A stretch of DNA of 64,000 bases from a virus, in the IMG/VR virus record IMGVR_UViG_3300046740_000391, positions 4,640-68,639 of that record; one strand, written 5' to 3'. Positions within the stretch are counted from its first letter, which is position 1. Every line of letters starts with the position of its first letter. The notes under the pieces were generated by a model. It searched no databases, was not told where the DNA came from, and saw nothing but the letters and a program-made list of their open reading frames with translations. Both the position numbers and the translations under genes were made by a program. Of the stretch, positions 39,309 to 49,274 are shown one piece after another.

Positions 39309-39692
39309 ATGGCTGACGATCGGGACATCAACATCCACGTGAGTGTCGATGACGACGACGAGGACGAACTTCGCCGCGTCCGTCGTCAGCTGCACGGCAT
39401 CAGCGAATCTCTGGAGGAACTCATGGCAACAACCGACGCCCTCGTCGCCGCCGTCGCGACGCTCACGACCGAGGCCAACGATGCCGCGGCTCGTGATGCT
39501 GCCAACGCCCAGGCCGCAGCCGATGCCGCGACCGCTGCGGCTGCTGCAACGGCGACGCTGCAGGCGACCGTCGACGACCTCAACGCGCAGATCGCCCTGC
39601 TCACCGCCGACGCGGTGGACCCGGCGGTCATTACCCAGCTCGAAGCCGACGTGGCCGCGATCAGCGGCGTGGTCAACAGCATCGCTGTCTAA
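39309..39692 (+). CDS. Acidic Ala-rich coiled-coil protein, opposite to its neighbours
   Basis: AGGGG RBS, good codon bias, heptad pattern. Confidence 0.6.
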   Translation: MADDRDINIHVSVDDDDEDELRRVRRQLHGISESLEELMATTDALVAAVATLTTEANDAAARDAANAQAAADAATAAAAATATLQATVDDLNAQIALLTADAVDPAVITQLEADVAAISGVVNSIAV

Positions 39693-40356
39693 TCAAACGC
39701 CCGGACGACCAGCGGTTGTGGGTTCCGCTGGTCGTTCCGTGGTTTCATCACCTTCGTGGACCGGGCAGGTGCCACCTTGGTGGTTGGTTGGGTCGTCGCT
39801 GGTGCATATGCGTTTTCCTGTCGCGACCTCGGCCTCCTGTTCGGTCAGCCAGTTGTACGGGTGGGTGAGAGAGATGGCGTCTACGTCGTTCGCGTAGAGC
39901 GCACGAATGTGGGCCGGGTGATCGTACCCGCGCTCCAGCGCGCGGGTGATCGCCCATGCGGGGTAGTTGTCCGGGGTGCTCATGAGCGGGAGTCCCGGAA
40001 CAGGGCTTCGCAGGCGGGGCACCGATGATCGTGAGGGATAGTCCAGTCGTGCCCCTCCACGTCAGGGGCGCTGGACGGGGTGGCGAGGGCGGTACGGAGA
40101 GCGGCCTTCGCATCTCCCTCGGCATCCAGCGACCAGTCATCGCTCTGGTCGAGATCGAGCAGCGCCTGTGCCGCCGCTCGCAGCGCCTCGTCGCCGCTGG
40201 GGCGGGTGGCGTCGAGGGTGACACCCGCGTCGCGGAGGCGGGCGGCGAGCAGCGTGCATTGGTAGCCCGACTCAGATGGCGAGCCGGGTTCGTGTCCGTC
40301 GTCGCAGAGGTCCTTGTGCAGTAGCGCCGCCAGCGGGTCGCGGGGTGTGTCGGGCA

Positions 40357-41229
40357 TCAGTGCGTCGCCCCGATCTGGATCTTCTCGCCGATCAGGCGCT
40401 GGTTCTGCTCCGACAGCCTGCGGTTGGCCGTCTTCAGGGCGTCGTAGCCCTCCAGCTTGGTGCGCTGTTCGGCGATCGTCTCGCCCTGATGTGCGATGCG
40501 GTTCTCCAGTGAGGTGATGTACGGCAGCGCCAGGGCAACCGTCTCCAGCACGGGATCCGGCTCGAACGAGACGGCGCCCAGCATCTGGCTGGTGTCGATC
40601 GTCATGCCGAGCTGCGTGGCGATTTCCTCCAGCTCCTTGATCTTGTCCTTGATCGCGCCGCTGCGGCCTGCGTACTGACGAGCAGCCTCGACGAGCGCCG
40701 CCGACTCGTCAGGGACGGCTGCTGTTCGGCGGGCCTCCTTGAGTCGAGTTGCGAGCGACGAGATCGGCTCGTCTCCGGCGATGGCACGGACTTCCTCCTT
40801 GTCGTTGGTGGCGAGGACGGCGGCGGTGCTCATCAGCAGCTCATGGTTGGCCTGCTTGGCGCTCTGGGGCTTGCCGCGTCGGACGTCGCCGGACTTCTTG
40901 CCGCCATGGGCGTAGTTCTCGTACGACCCCTTGCGCCGCTCGTCGGTCGAGAGGGCGAGCACCTTCTGTGCCTCGTCCTTGCTCATCAGCAGCGTGTAGT
41001 AGAAGTGACGGCCCATGTCGGGCGTGTTGACCTGGCCGAACACCAGCCGCTTGGTGAAGATGCCCAGGGACTCGAAGTGCCGCATCGCCTTGGAGATGCT
41101 GGCGAGGTTGATGGTGTCGGTGATGTCGGCCTGGTTGAGGCGACGCTCCTCGCCGACAGGCCAGTCGGCGTAGAGGATGTCGAGGAGCTTCTGCTCCTTC
41201 TCGAAGTAGCCTTCGATCAGACGAGGCAC
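40357..41229 (-). CDS. Winged-HTH-like N-terminus plus coiled coil
   Basis: LNQADI...ASISKAMRHFESLGIF; AAGGAGGG RBS. Confidence 0.55.
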   Translation of the reverse strand: MPRLIEGYFEKEQKLLDILYADWPVGEERRLNQADITDTINLASISKAMRHFESLGIFTKRLVFGQVNTPDMGRHFYYTLLMSKDEAQKVLALSTDERRKGSYENYAHGGKKSGDVRRGKPQSAKQANHELLMSTAAVLATNDKEEVRAIAGDEPISSLATRLKEARRTAAVPDESAALVEAARQYAGRSGAIKDKIKELEEIATQLGMTIDTSQMLGAVSFEPDPVLETVALALPYITSLENRIAHQGETIAEQRTKLEGYDALKTANRRLSEQNQRLIGEKIQIGATH

Positions 41230-41232
41230 TGG

Positions 41233-41637
41233 TTAGCCCTCCTTGGGGGTGCGACTTGCCCACCGGCGCGCGGCGGGCGTGACAACTTGACCTTGGCTAA
41301 TGAGCCAACGAGCACGAGCCCGATCCCCGTCGGCATAGCGACGGGGGATGCGGATGCGCAGGTCGGCGGCGAGCATTACTGCTCGGGCGTTGGTGGCGTA
41401 CAAGCGCATGGCGGGGCTCATGTCGTTGTAGCCGTGGAGTTTGGTTGCTGCCACAAGCATCAGGAACTTGCGCAGCCCGGTCCGGGTGACCCGACGCTCG
41501 GGCCACCAATGCACCTGACGATCAGCGAACCCCCGAACATGATCGGGTTCAGGGGTTCCGACCTCGCCGTACCAGTTGCCCTGGCACAGCTTGACGCCGA
41601 GTTGCTCGGCGAGACCTCGATAGGTCAGTCCGTCCAA
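41233..41637 (-). CDS. Hypothetical protein
   Basis: ORF packed between neighbours in the operon. Confidence 0.5.
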   Translation of the reverse strand: MDGLTYRGLAEQLGVKLCQGNWYGEVGTPEPDHVRGFADRQVHWWPERRVTRTGLRKFLMLVAATKLHGYNDMSPAMRLYATNARAVMLAADLRIRIPRRYADGDRARARWLISQGQVVTPAARRWASRTPKEG

Positions 41638-41894
41638 GCCATCTCCACCGTGTAGGCGGTGAGTGGACGGTTGGGCCTTCCGTCAGTCCGGCGTGGCACC
41701 ACCGTCGATTGACGCTGCCAGTATTCGAGGGCGGTCTTGACGTCGTCAAACGCCATCGCGTCCTCCTTGTCCCCCGATGTCAACAGCATCCCCCGACCGT
41801 CCAGACCATCGACGTCGCAACTCACGACGTACTGCTCATCGAAGGTCGAGGGAACACCATCGGCACGGCCGATGATCTTGAGGTGCACCTTCAT
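41625..41894 (-). CDS. Hypothetical protein
   Basis: ATGA overlap with upstream gene; DGRPNRPLTAYTV. Confidence 0.55.
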   Translation of the reverse strand: MKVHLKIIGRADGVPSTFDEQYVVSCDVDGLDGRGMLLTSGDKEDAMAFDDVKTALEYWQRQSTVVPRRTDGRPNRPLTAYTVEMAWTD

Positions 41895-42382
41895 GCCCGA
41901 ACGATCTGGGCACGCTTGTGCCCAGCTCCTTGTGCCATTGCGGTGCTCTTGGCGGATGGGATCAGCAGCCCGTGCTCAGCAAGGCTGAACAGGCCGCCCT
42001 TGGGCCCGGTGATCAGGTGATCCTCGAACATCAACCCAGCCGCATTGGCCGCGGTCATTACGATCCGGGTCATCTCGACATCCATCGCCGTGGGCATGAT
42101 GTCGCCCGACGGATGATTGTGCGCGACCATGAACCGATCGGTGCCAGCCAGCAGCACGGCTGCGAGCAGAGCGGGGATCGGGATGTCCAGTTCATGGTAG
42201 CCGCCGACCGCGATCTCGTTCACGGTTCGGACCTGTTCGATGCTGTCGAAGGTGATGACCCACATCCGTTCCTGGGTGGAATCGGAGAGGCCCCACTGCT
42301 TCAGCAGGGTGGATAGCTCGGGAACGGACGGCTGCTCGCGTTCAACGACCAGCTCGGTTCGTACAAAGCGATCGACGTTCAT
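41891..42382 (-). CDS. RadC-like JAB domain protein
   Basis: QERMWV...AHNHPSGD..PT..D...T...G....DHLI. Confidence 0.88.
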   Translation of the reverse strand: MNVDRFVRTELVVEREQPSVPELSTLLKQWGLSDSTQERMWVITFDSIEQVRTVNEIAVGGYHELDIPIPALLAAVLLAGTDRFMVAHNHPSGDIMPTAMDVEMTRIVMTAANAAGLMFEDHLITGPKGGLFSLAEHGLLIPSAKSTAMAQGAGHKRAQIVRA

Positions 42383-42444
42383 CGCAACTCCTTGGTGGGC
42401 GACCTCATCGGTTCGTCAGGCTGATGTTCAGTCGCATGTTGGGT

Positions 42445-42807
42445 TTAGAACGGCAGGTCAGACAGGTCATCGTCCTTGACCGCCGATGGAGCAGCTTCCT
42501 CTCGCCGGTCGAGGAACTCGACGTTGCGAGCGTTCAGTTTCACTCCGTAGTGCTTGACGCTGTTCTTGTCGGTGTACGAGTCATCGAGCAGCGAGCCTGT
42601 GACCAAGACCTTGCTGCCCTTGCGGGTGTATTCAGCGACCACATCCGCCAGCTTCTCCCATGCCTCGCACGAGAGGAACAGCGTGGTGCGGCTCTCGCCC
42701 CGGCCATCATTGATGGCGATGCGGAACGAGGTGATGGCCTTCCCGCTGGCCGTGTATCGCATCTCCGGATCCTTGGTCAGGTTGCCGGTTGCGACGTACA
42801 GGTTCAT
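42445..42807 (-). CDS. ssb: Single-stranded DNA-binding protein
   Basis: GNLTKDPEMRYT.SG...KGSKV.V.G.L; acidic DLPF tail. Confidence 0.93.
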   Translation of the reverse strand: MNLYVATGNLTKDPEMRYTASGKAITSFRIAINDGRGESRTTLFLSCEAWEKLADVVAEYTRKGSKVLVTGSLLDDSYTDKNSVKHYGVKLNARNVEFLDRREEAAPSAVKDDDLSDLPF

Positions 42808-44041
42808 CTGGGCCTCACGTAGGTGATATGGGTGGAGGAATGGTACCACCGTCGGCTCGACGAGCGATGCCGTCGATGGTGACCAGGACGCCGCCCCGGT
42901 GAGCGTCCTCGTCCGGGCAGAAGAAGTTGTGACTCAGGAGCCACATCTTCCCGCCGCAGACGGGGCACTTGTCGGTCGAGTAACGAGTCGGCTCAGGATC
43001 GACGCCGCCCAACTCCGACCACTGCGCGACTCGAATCCGCATGGGTCCTCTTCTCGTGCTCGGCGATCGCTTTGGTGAGTTCCTCCCCCCGTAGCGTCCA
43101 GGGGAAGATGTAGCCGCAGGTGCGGCACTGGATGGTCATTCACGATCTCCGATCGAGTTGTGGATGAGACTGAACACGAACTGGGTGTCTTGGTTGCTGG
43201 GTTCGAGGCCCAGGGCCTCAGCGAATGCGACCTCGTTGCCGTCGACTTCGTCGTACAGCGACCAGAGCGCTTCCGGAATAGCTTCGTCGGGCAACATCAG
43301 CACCGACTCCAGCAACGACGATCGGCGCCGAGCCATGTCGAGCGCATCGGCCAGTGCCAGATCCTCTTCGACCTGCAGCTGGTTGCGTTCGTACGTCAGG
43401 ACCTCGATCTCAAAGTTGATGCGATCCATCGCCGCGAGGGCGACGTTGTCGGAGATGTTGGCGACGGCGAGACGATCACTCGCCTTGGTCAGGTGGGCGA
43501 TCGTCTTGGCGATCCGCTCAAGTCGATCTACGCGAGCCAGGTCACCCCACTGCGTTCGGACGTGCTCCGGAGAGCTTCCGGCCATCGCAGCAAAGACGCC
43601 CGGCGCTTGGGCGTGATCTCCCCCGGCTTCGCCGGGTCGAGTCTGAACCATTGGATTTCTCCCATGACGAGGGCTCGTGTGAGCACCTCAGTGAGTGCGT
43701 ATGCACCGCTGTACGGCACCTTCGCAAAGACCGTGACCTGCTTGCCTACGGCAGAGCGGAACATGATCCGGAAGATACGTACAGCGGGCCACTCGTTAGG
43801 CATGGCTCTCCTCCGGTGGCGTCAGCAGCGCCCGCTGGCGGACGGCCTCGGTCATCGCAAGGTTGATCTTGGCTCGGCTGTGCTCCATCTCGGACGCGGT
43901 GTGGCCCAGGAAGATGTTGACGACAGCGTCACCGTCATCGCCACGAATGACGATGCCGGACTGGGTGAGATTGGCCAGGATGTCGGACTCGTTGACCCAG
44001 ATATCGATGGTTGCGTGCATCAAGTGTACCTCATGTGATGA

Positions 44042-44614
44042 TCAGTTGCTGAAGTGGATTGGGCAGTACGATCCGGGCGAGTGGTAGATGTCCCCGGTCG
44101 ACCGGTTGAGCATCCCGTTGCAGAGCTGTGATTCTGCTTCCTGCTCGGCCTCGATTTCGCTGGCGTTCTCACGAGCCTCGTCCTCATTGGCTCGCTGTTC
44201 GTTGATCCATTCGAGCTGGGCTTCGAGGATCGTCTTCCCGCTCCAGGGACTCCTCTCCTCGCTGGGATAGTCGATCAGGTTGATCACGGCCGCCATGACA
44301 TCGACCATGAACATGTAGTCGTCGACCTGTTCGGTGGTCTCGCAGTCGAGTACCTCGGAGTAGTTCTCCTGGATGGGTGTGAGGTCGTTGTCGATGTCGA
44401 GCCGCTCGAACTTCCCGCCGATGGTGCCGATGCGGTCACCATCGTTGTCCACGATTTCGTACGACTGACCGGGCTTGATCAGGCTCTCGACGCGGCGATT
44501 GACGCGGACGATGCGTTCTGCATGGGCCGTTGGGACGATGCTGATTGTCGAAGTTGTGCTGTTGTTGAAGTTCATGGCCGACAGGTCGACCGTGAAACCG
44601 TTGGTGGTGTCCAA
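44042..44614 (-). CDS. Acidic hypothetical protein
   Basis: GGAGG RBS; C-terminal C..H..C..H. Confidence 0.55.
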   Translation of the reverse strand: MDTTNGFTVDLSAMNFNNSTTSTISIVPTAHAERIVRVNRRVESLIKPGQSYEIVDNDGDRIGTIGGKFERLDIDNDLTPIQENYSEVLDCETTEQVDDYMFMVDVMAAVINLIDYPSEERSPWSGKTILEAQLEWINEQRANEDEARENASEIEAEQEAESQLCNGMLNRSTGDIYHSPGSYCPIHFSN

Positions 44615-44642
44615 CGAACGATGCCTCCATTTGTGTTGCGTT

Positions 44643-44690
44643 GTGCAACGCGATCAAGCGGCAAACGCCGCGCGGTTTGGCCGCGCGGCG
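44643..44690 (-). promoter_or_regulatory. Hairpin plus TTGCCGCTT-N4-GCGTYGCAC motif
   Basis: Same motif and spacing at 47654-47675 and 51079-51100; degenerate at 38949-38970. Confidence 0.7.
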
Positions 44691-44707
44691 CTCCCGCTCA
44701 GTCGGTG

Positions 44708-45673
44708 CTAGGCGTCCAGACCGTCGAAGTTGAAGTCCGCGAGATCAGCGAGGATCCCGGCCGACAACTCCGGCAGCGTGGTGTCCGCCGTGGTCGTGTC
44801 CGCCACGGGCGGCTGGAAGCCCAGCGCCTTCGGCTTCACCGCGGGGCGGTGAGCCTGCACGCTGCCGATGGTCACGGGGCCGTTGGCCGCGTAGTCGGCC
44901 TGGAGCTGCTCCATGAAGTTCGACGGCGCCTCCTGCTTGGCCACGTCCAGTGCCATCTGGAGAGGCATCAGCTTCTGCATCCCGAACATGAGCATCTCGA
45001 ACGGGTCGTCGCTGTTGCCCCCGGCCACGAACTCTTCGAGCGCGGTGGCCAGGTTGTCCATCGCCTCCACCAGCGGGTGGACGTAGCCGAGGACGCGGGC
45101 GTAGCTCTCGGCGTAGATCCGAGCGGTGACCGCGTCGTACTTGGGACTGACGCCGTTGACGTCGTCCGACTGCATCGCGATGATCCCAGCCTTCTGGGTC
45201 ACGATGAACGACTGGAACTTGCGCGGCGCACCGAGGTGCGCTTCGTGCTGGAAGTCCGCCATGTTGATCACGCGGACCTTGTGGTTGTCGTTGTCGCTGG
45301 GCTGGCCCATGCCCTCGGGATGGATGTGGAACCAGGTCCACCGCTCCATGCCCTCGATGCTGTGGGCCCAGGCCGCGATCTCCTTGGTCCACTCGGGGAA
45401 CTCGACGGCGTCGCCCGAGCCGAAGATCTGGACCGGCTCGTCGTCGACGCTGACGCGGAGGACCATGTAGCCCACCACGATGTCGTTGAGGTCGGTGCAG
45501 ACCGCGATGTCTGCCTCGGCCCACTCGCCCTTCTCGCCCAGCGGCTCGATGGTGCGCTCGTAGAGCAGCTTGAGGAACTCGCGCATCGCGACGATGTGCA
45601 CCTTGACCTCTTCGGCGGTCGGCTCCTCGTCGGGCTGGACTGCGGGAAGCTTGTATCCGATCAACTCGCCCAT
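44708..45673 (-). CDS. JAB/MPN (JAMM-motif) metallopeptidase-like protein
   Basis: WFHIHPEGMGQPSDND matches HxH-x7-S-x2-D. Confidence 0.65.
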   Translation of the reverse strand: MGELIGYKLPAVQPDEEPTAEEVKVHIVAMREFLKLLYERTIEPLGEKGEWAEADIAVCTDLNDIVVGYMVLRVSVDDEPVQIFGSGDAVEFPEWTKEIAAWAHSIEGMERWTWFHIHPEGMGQPSDNDNHKVRVINMADFQHEAHLGAPRKFQSFIVTQKAGIIAMQSDDVNGVSPKYDAVTARIYAESYARVLGYVHPLVEAMDNLATALEEFVAGGNSDDPFEMLMFGMQKLMPLQMALDVAKQEAPSNFMEQLQADYAANGPVTIGSVQAHRPAVKPKALGFQPPVADTTTADTTLPELSAGILADLADFNFDGLDA

Positions 45674-45696
45674 CAGTGGGTTTCCCTTTCTCCGCT

Positions 45697-46155
45697 TTAC
45701 CAGCGGAACTCGACGTCGTCGATGCTGACGACGCCCGACTCCTTGTTGAACTCGGCTGTCGGCCCGATGGGCGCAGCCTCTTCGACCACCTTGGTCTTGG
45801 CCATCCCAACGGGACGGACCACGAACGTGCCTTCGACGACCACATCCATCAGGCAGTCAGGGCACAGATACTCCAGGTTGTACGGCATCTGCCCCGGGAT
45901 GAGCGCGACACGATCGCGCCCTTCCTCGCAGTGGTAGCACTGCCAGGCGCCGCTGTCGTTGACCGCGTCGAAGCCGGTGAACTTGTGGCCGTTGTAGTTG
46001 ACGTCGAGTTCGCCGTTCTCGACTGCGCTGAACAGACAGTCGGGGCACAGATATTGCAGGCTCTGCGGCCAGCCGTTCTCACCCTGATAGATGCGAGCGA
46101 CCGAGCCGTTGCTGCCGTTGCAGTAGTGGCAGATGAAGCCTCCTTGCTCGATCAC
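45697..46155 (-). CDS. Tandem zinc-finger protein
   Basis: Two units of C..C...YLCPDCL. Confidence 0.65.
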   Translation of the reverse strand: MIEQGGFICHYCNGSNGSVARIYQGENGWPQSLQYLCPDCLFSAVENGELDVNYNGHKFTGFDAVNDSGAWQCYHCEEGRDRVALIPGQMPYNLEYLCPDCLMDVVVEGTFVVRPVGMAKTKVVEEAAPIGPTAEFNKESGVVSIDDVEFRW

Positions 46156-46715
46156 GACCAGCTCACCTCCATTCCTTCGATGTTGTAGCTGTTGCCGTCC
46201 TCGGAGAAGACGGTGTCTGGGATGTTCAGCTTCGTGCTGTCGAAGCACACACGGCACACGACGCCTTCGCCGTTATCGCCGTCGCACTCCTCACACCTGC
46301 GGCAGGTACCGCACAACGAGCCAGAGATCCCGTCGCCGCAGTCGCTGCATCGAGTGTTGGCGTGATCCGAGCACCACTCCGCGGTGCTGTAGCACTCGTT
46401 GCACTCGTTGCTGTGAGACTCCTCGCACGCACCGCAGCTGCTGCAGTAAACGTCCTCGTCGTCGTCGCCACAGGACGAGCACCCGTGTGCTCGGTCGCAA
46501 TCGGTGCAGCTTTGGCAGTACAGGTCGTGCCCTGTCTCACCGCAGCCATTGCATTGCTCACCCGCGGAGCGGGAGTCGTAGACGCCATTACTGACGCGCT
46601 TGAACAAACAGGCCGAGCACATCCACTTGGGTTCGCCTTCGAAGGCGACCATCTGCTCGCCGGTCTTGTTGCAGTAGCCGCAGATGCCGCTACCGCTCAG
46701 TGATGTCATGACCAT
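46152..46715 (-). CDS. Very Cys-rich multi-CxxC protein
   Basis: About ten CxxC pairs in about 187 aa. Confidence 0.65.
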   Translation of the reverse strand: MVMTSLSGSGICGYCNKTGEQMVAFEGEPKWMCSACLFKRVSNGVYDSRSAGEQCNGCGETGHDLYCQSCTDCDRAHGCSSCGDDDEDVYCSSCGACEESHSNECNECYSTAEWCSDHANTRCSDCGDGISGSLCGTCRRCEECDGDNGEGVVCRVCFDSTKLNIPDTVFSEDGNSYNIEGMEVSWS

Positions 46716-46957
46716 CAGTGCACCTCTCCGTTGTCGTACGGATCGGGGTACTGACCACGTCGGCCGGTCCACATCCGACGAGCGGACTGGATCTTGCGGA
46801 CGCGATGTTGGTCGAGGGAGCGATCACGGACTCGCTTCCTGACGATTTTGACTGCCTGGTCACGGTTGTCTGCAGGCAGATCGAACGTGAATGGGATCAG
46901 GCCCGGGCGCCCGTCCGTGACGAGCACCCGGACCCGGTAGAGCTGTTCGCTCATGGC

Positions 46958-47494
46958 TCAGTCGTGGATGACCGTTGCCGGGAGGACCAGCGCGAGGTAG
47001 GACCCGTCGATGGGAACGATCCGAATGCCTTGGCTGACAATCGGCTCGCCGAACGGCTCTCCGACGCCAGCAACGGCGGGCTCGGACGCCGACTGCACGG
47101 CCGAGGCATACGCCTCGGCGTACAGCTCGCCCGTTTCGACCACCCCGGCGGCATAGCCACGCCGCCACGCATCGCCTTCCGGCGAAGCGTCGAACTCCTG
47201 CTCCAGCTCGACGAGGTCGGGCCGTCCGACGAGTTCGGCGATGTCCGAACCGCTGAAGCCGTTGGCTCGCAGCTGTCGGTACGCCTGGCGATCGTCGAGG
47301 ATGATCACCGCCTCGTCGGCGGCCTCATCCAGCGTGGACGCAGCCACGGTGTAGGTGTCGCCGGTGACGCGCTCGGTGAACGTGATGACGACCTCTTCGC
47401 TGTGATCCGCTTCGAGATCTAGCTCGATGTCGTCGATGTCGGCTCGCTCGAAGAGGCTTTCGAGTCGAGACTTCTCAGCAATCTGTTCCACCAT
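46958..47494 (-). CDS. Acidic hypothetical protein
   Basis: AAGGAG RBS; operon packing. Confidence 0.55.
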   Translation of the reverse strand: MVEQIAEKSRLESLFERADIDDIELDLEADHSEEVVITFTERVTGDTYTVAASTLDEAADEAVIILDDRQAYRQLRANGFSGSDIAELVGRPDLVELEQEFDASPEGDAWRRGYAAGVVETGELYAEAYASAVQSASEPAVAGVGEPFGEPIVSQGIRIVPIDGSYLALVLPATVIHD

Positions 47495-47653
47495 CGGTGT
47501 GGCTCCTTATGGTTGTATTTGGACAACGGATTGAACGTGTGCCAACCGTCGATTGACACTGGGTGGACATACCCGCAGAACCAACAGAAGTGGGATCCAC
47601 GGGCCATCCACCAATGACGTTTCACGAACGAACGAATGCGTGTACGCATTTTT

Positions 47654-47721
47654 GTGCAACGCAACTAAGCGGCAATCGGGGCCGCGCGGTGGGCATGGGT
47701 AGCCCATGACCGCGCGGCCCC
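47654..47721 (-). promoter_or_regulatory. Hairpin plus TTGCCGCTT-N4-GCGTYGCAC motif
   Basis: GGGGCCGCGCGGT / ACCGCGCGGCCCC stem after the ATPase stop, then the motif. Confidence 0.7.
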
Positions 47722-47731
47722 TGATGTGCGG

Positions 47732-49273
47732 CTAGGAGACGGTGGGAGCCGACTCGGGGTTGGCGCCATCGGAGACCGCGAAGAACGCCGGGGTGGTTCC
47801 CTCGGCCGAGTGGATGTCGACGATGTGGCGAGCCGGGAGCGGCAGGCTCACGGCCACGCCCTTCTCGATCGCCTCGCGGCCGACGGTCGCGATGATCTCC
47901 GCTGCCTTGACGGTCTCGGACCGCTTGTCCTCCTCGGCCGGAGTCAGCAGCCGAACGTGCTCGGCCATCTCCTCCGCTGCGAACACCAGCGCGGCATCGT
48001 CGACGAACAGCTCGTCGTCGTTGTCGTGCAAGCGGATCGCCGCCAGCTTGGACCGCTCGACCACCTCCCGGATCACGGCCGGGATGGTGCCCGCGAGCAG
48101 CTTCTTGCTCTCGGTGAGCGGCTCGCTCGCCGGGATCAGGCCACGACCGTACTGCCGAGCGAGGCGCTCGGCCGCATCCGCATCCGGCGGACCGACGTGG
48201 ATGATCGCGTCGAGGCGACCGGGCCGCAGCATCGCGGCGGTGATGTTCTCCAGCTCGTTGGTGGTCAGCACGATCATCATCGAGCTGCCCTTGGACTCGA
48301 CGCCGTCGACCACGTTCAGCACCTGGTCGATGCCGACGCTGCGATCGTCGCCGCGCATGATCCGGTCGATGTCCTCGCAGAACAGGACGACGCCAGCCTC
48401 ACGGGTGCCGTACATCCTGATCAGCTTGGCCACCTCGGCCAGCTCGAAGATCTGCTCGACCTCGACGTAGGTCCAGCCGTTGGCGACGGCCGTCTCCGCT
48501 GTGGCGCGAGCGATCATGGTCTTGCCGGTGCCGAACGGACCGGCGAGCAGGATGCCGCGCTTGAGCGGAATCCCGTGCCGGACGACGCGAGCCGTCTGCT
48601 CGATCGGCGTGAAGATGTTGGTGCGGACCGAGGCGTCGGTCTTCTCGGGCAACACCAGCTCCGGCAGGATGCTGACCGAGAGGTCGATGAACTTGGGCTC
48701 CGGCATCTCCAGCCGGACGCCGCGATCGTCGAAGAGCCGGACGCGGAACGCCTTGCCCTTGTAGATGGACTTGGTGTGGACGCGCTGCTTGACGGCCTCG
48801 ACAAGGCCGTTGACGGCCTTCTCGTACATCCGCTTGACCTTGCCGCTGATGACGAACCGGCTCACGCCGAGGTCGTCCTGCTCGATCCCGGACTGGAGGT
48901 AGCCCTCGATGTTGGGCAGCGCGAACCTGCCCCACGGAACCTGGACGGTCTCGTTGGGTCCGACCGGCACCGACAGCATCTGCGGCGGCGTGGCGCCGAA
49001 GAAGCCCGGCGTCGGGACGCCGTTGGCCCAGCCGAACTGCTCGGTGAGCACCTCGTACAAGGCGTACGCCGACTCGAACGGGAACGCGGCGTCGATCGGC
49101 GCGTGGATGCCGACCTCCTGGTTCTCGAACTCCATCCGGGCGTGGATGACCGCGTCGACACGCGGGAGGTCCATGCCCTCGGGGATGATCAGCGCGTCGC
49201 CGTGACGCTTGACCTCCACGACGTCACGGATGGACTTGGACTTGTCGCCAGCGGCCTGATTCAGGGTTGCCAT
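47732..49273 (-). CDS. AAA+ ATPase (classical clade)
   Basis: Walker A GPFGTGKT, Walker B VLFCEDID, SRH TTN...RPGRLD. Confidence 0.93.
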   Translation of the reverse strand: MATLNQAAGDKSKSIRDVVEVKRHGDALIIPEGMDLPRVDAVIHARMEFENQEVGIHAPIDAAFPFESAYALYEVLTEQFGWANGVPTPGFFGATPPQMLSVPVGPNETVQVPWGRFALPNIEGYLQSGIEQDDLGVSRFVISGKVKRMYEKAVNGLVEAVKQRVHTKSIYKGKAFRVRLFDDRGVRLEMPEPKFIDLSVSILPELVLPEKTDASVRTNIFTPIEQTARVVRHGIPLKRGILLAGPFGTGKTMIARATAETAVANGWTYVEVEQIFELAEVAKLIRMYGTREAGVVLFCEDIDRIMRGDDRSVGIDQVLNVVDGVESKGSSMMIVLTTNELENITAAMLRPGRLDAIIHVGPPDADAAERLARQYGRGLIPASEPLTESKKLLAGTIPAVIREVVERSKLAAIRLHDNDDELFVDDAALVFAAEEMAEHVRLLTPAEEDKRSETVKAAEIIATVGREAIEKGVAVSLPLPARHIVDIHSAEGTTPAFFAVSDGANPESAPTVS

Positions 49274-49274
49274 G

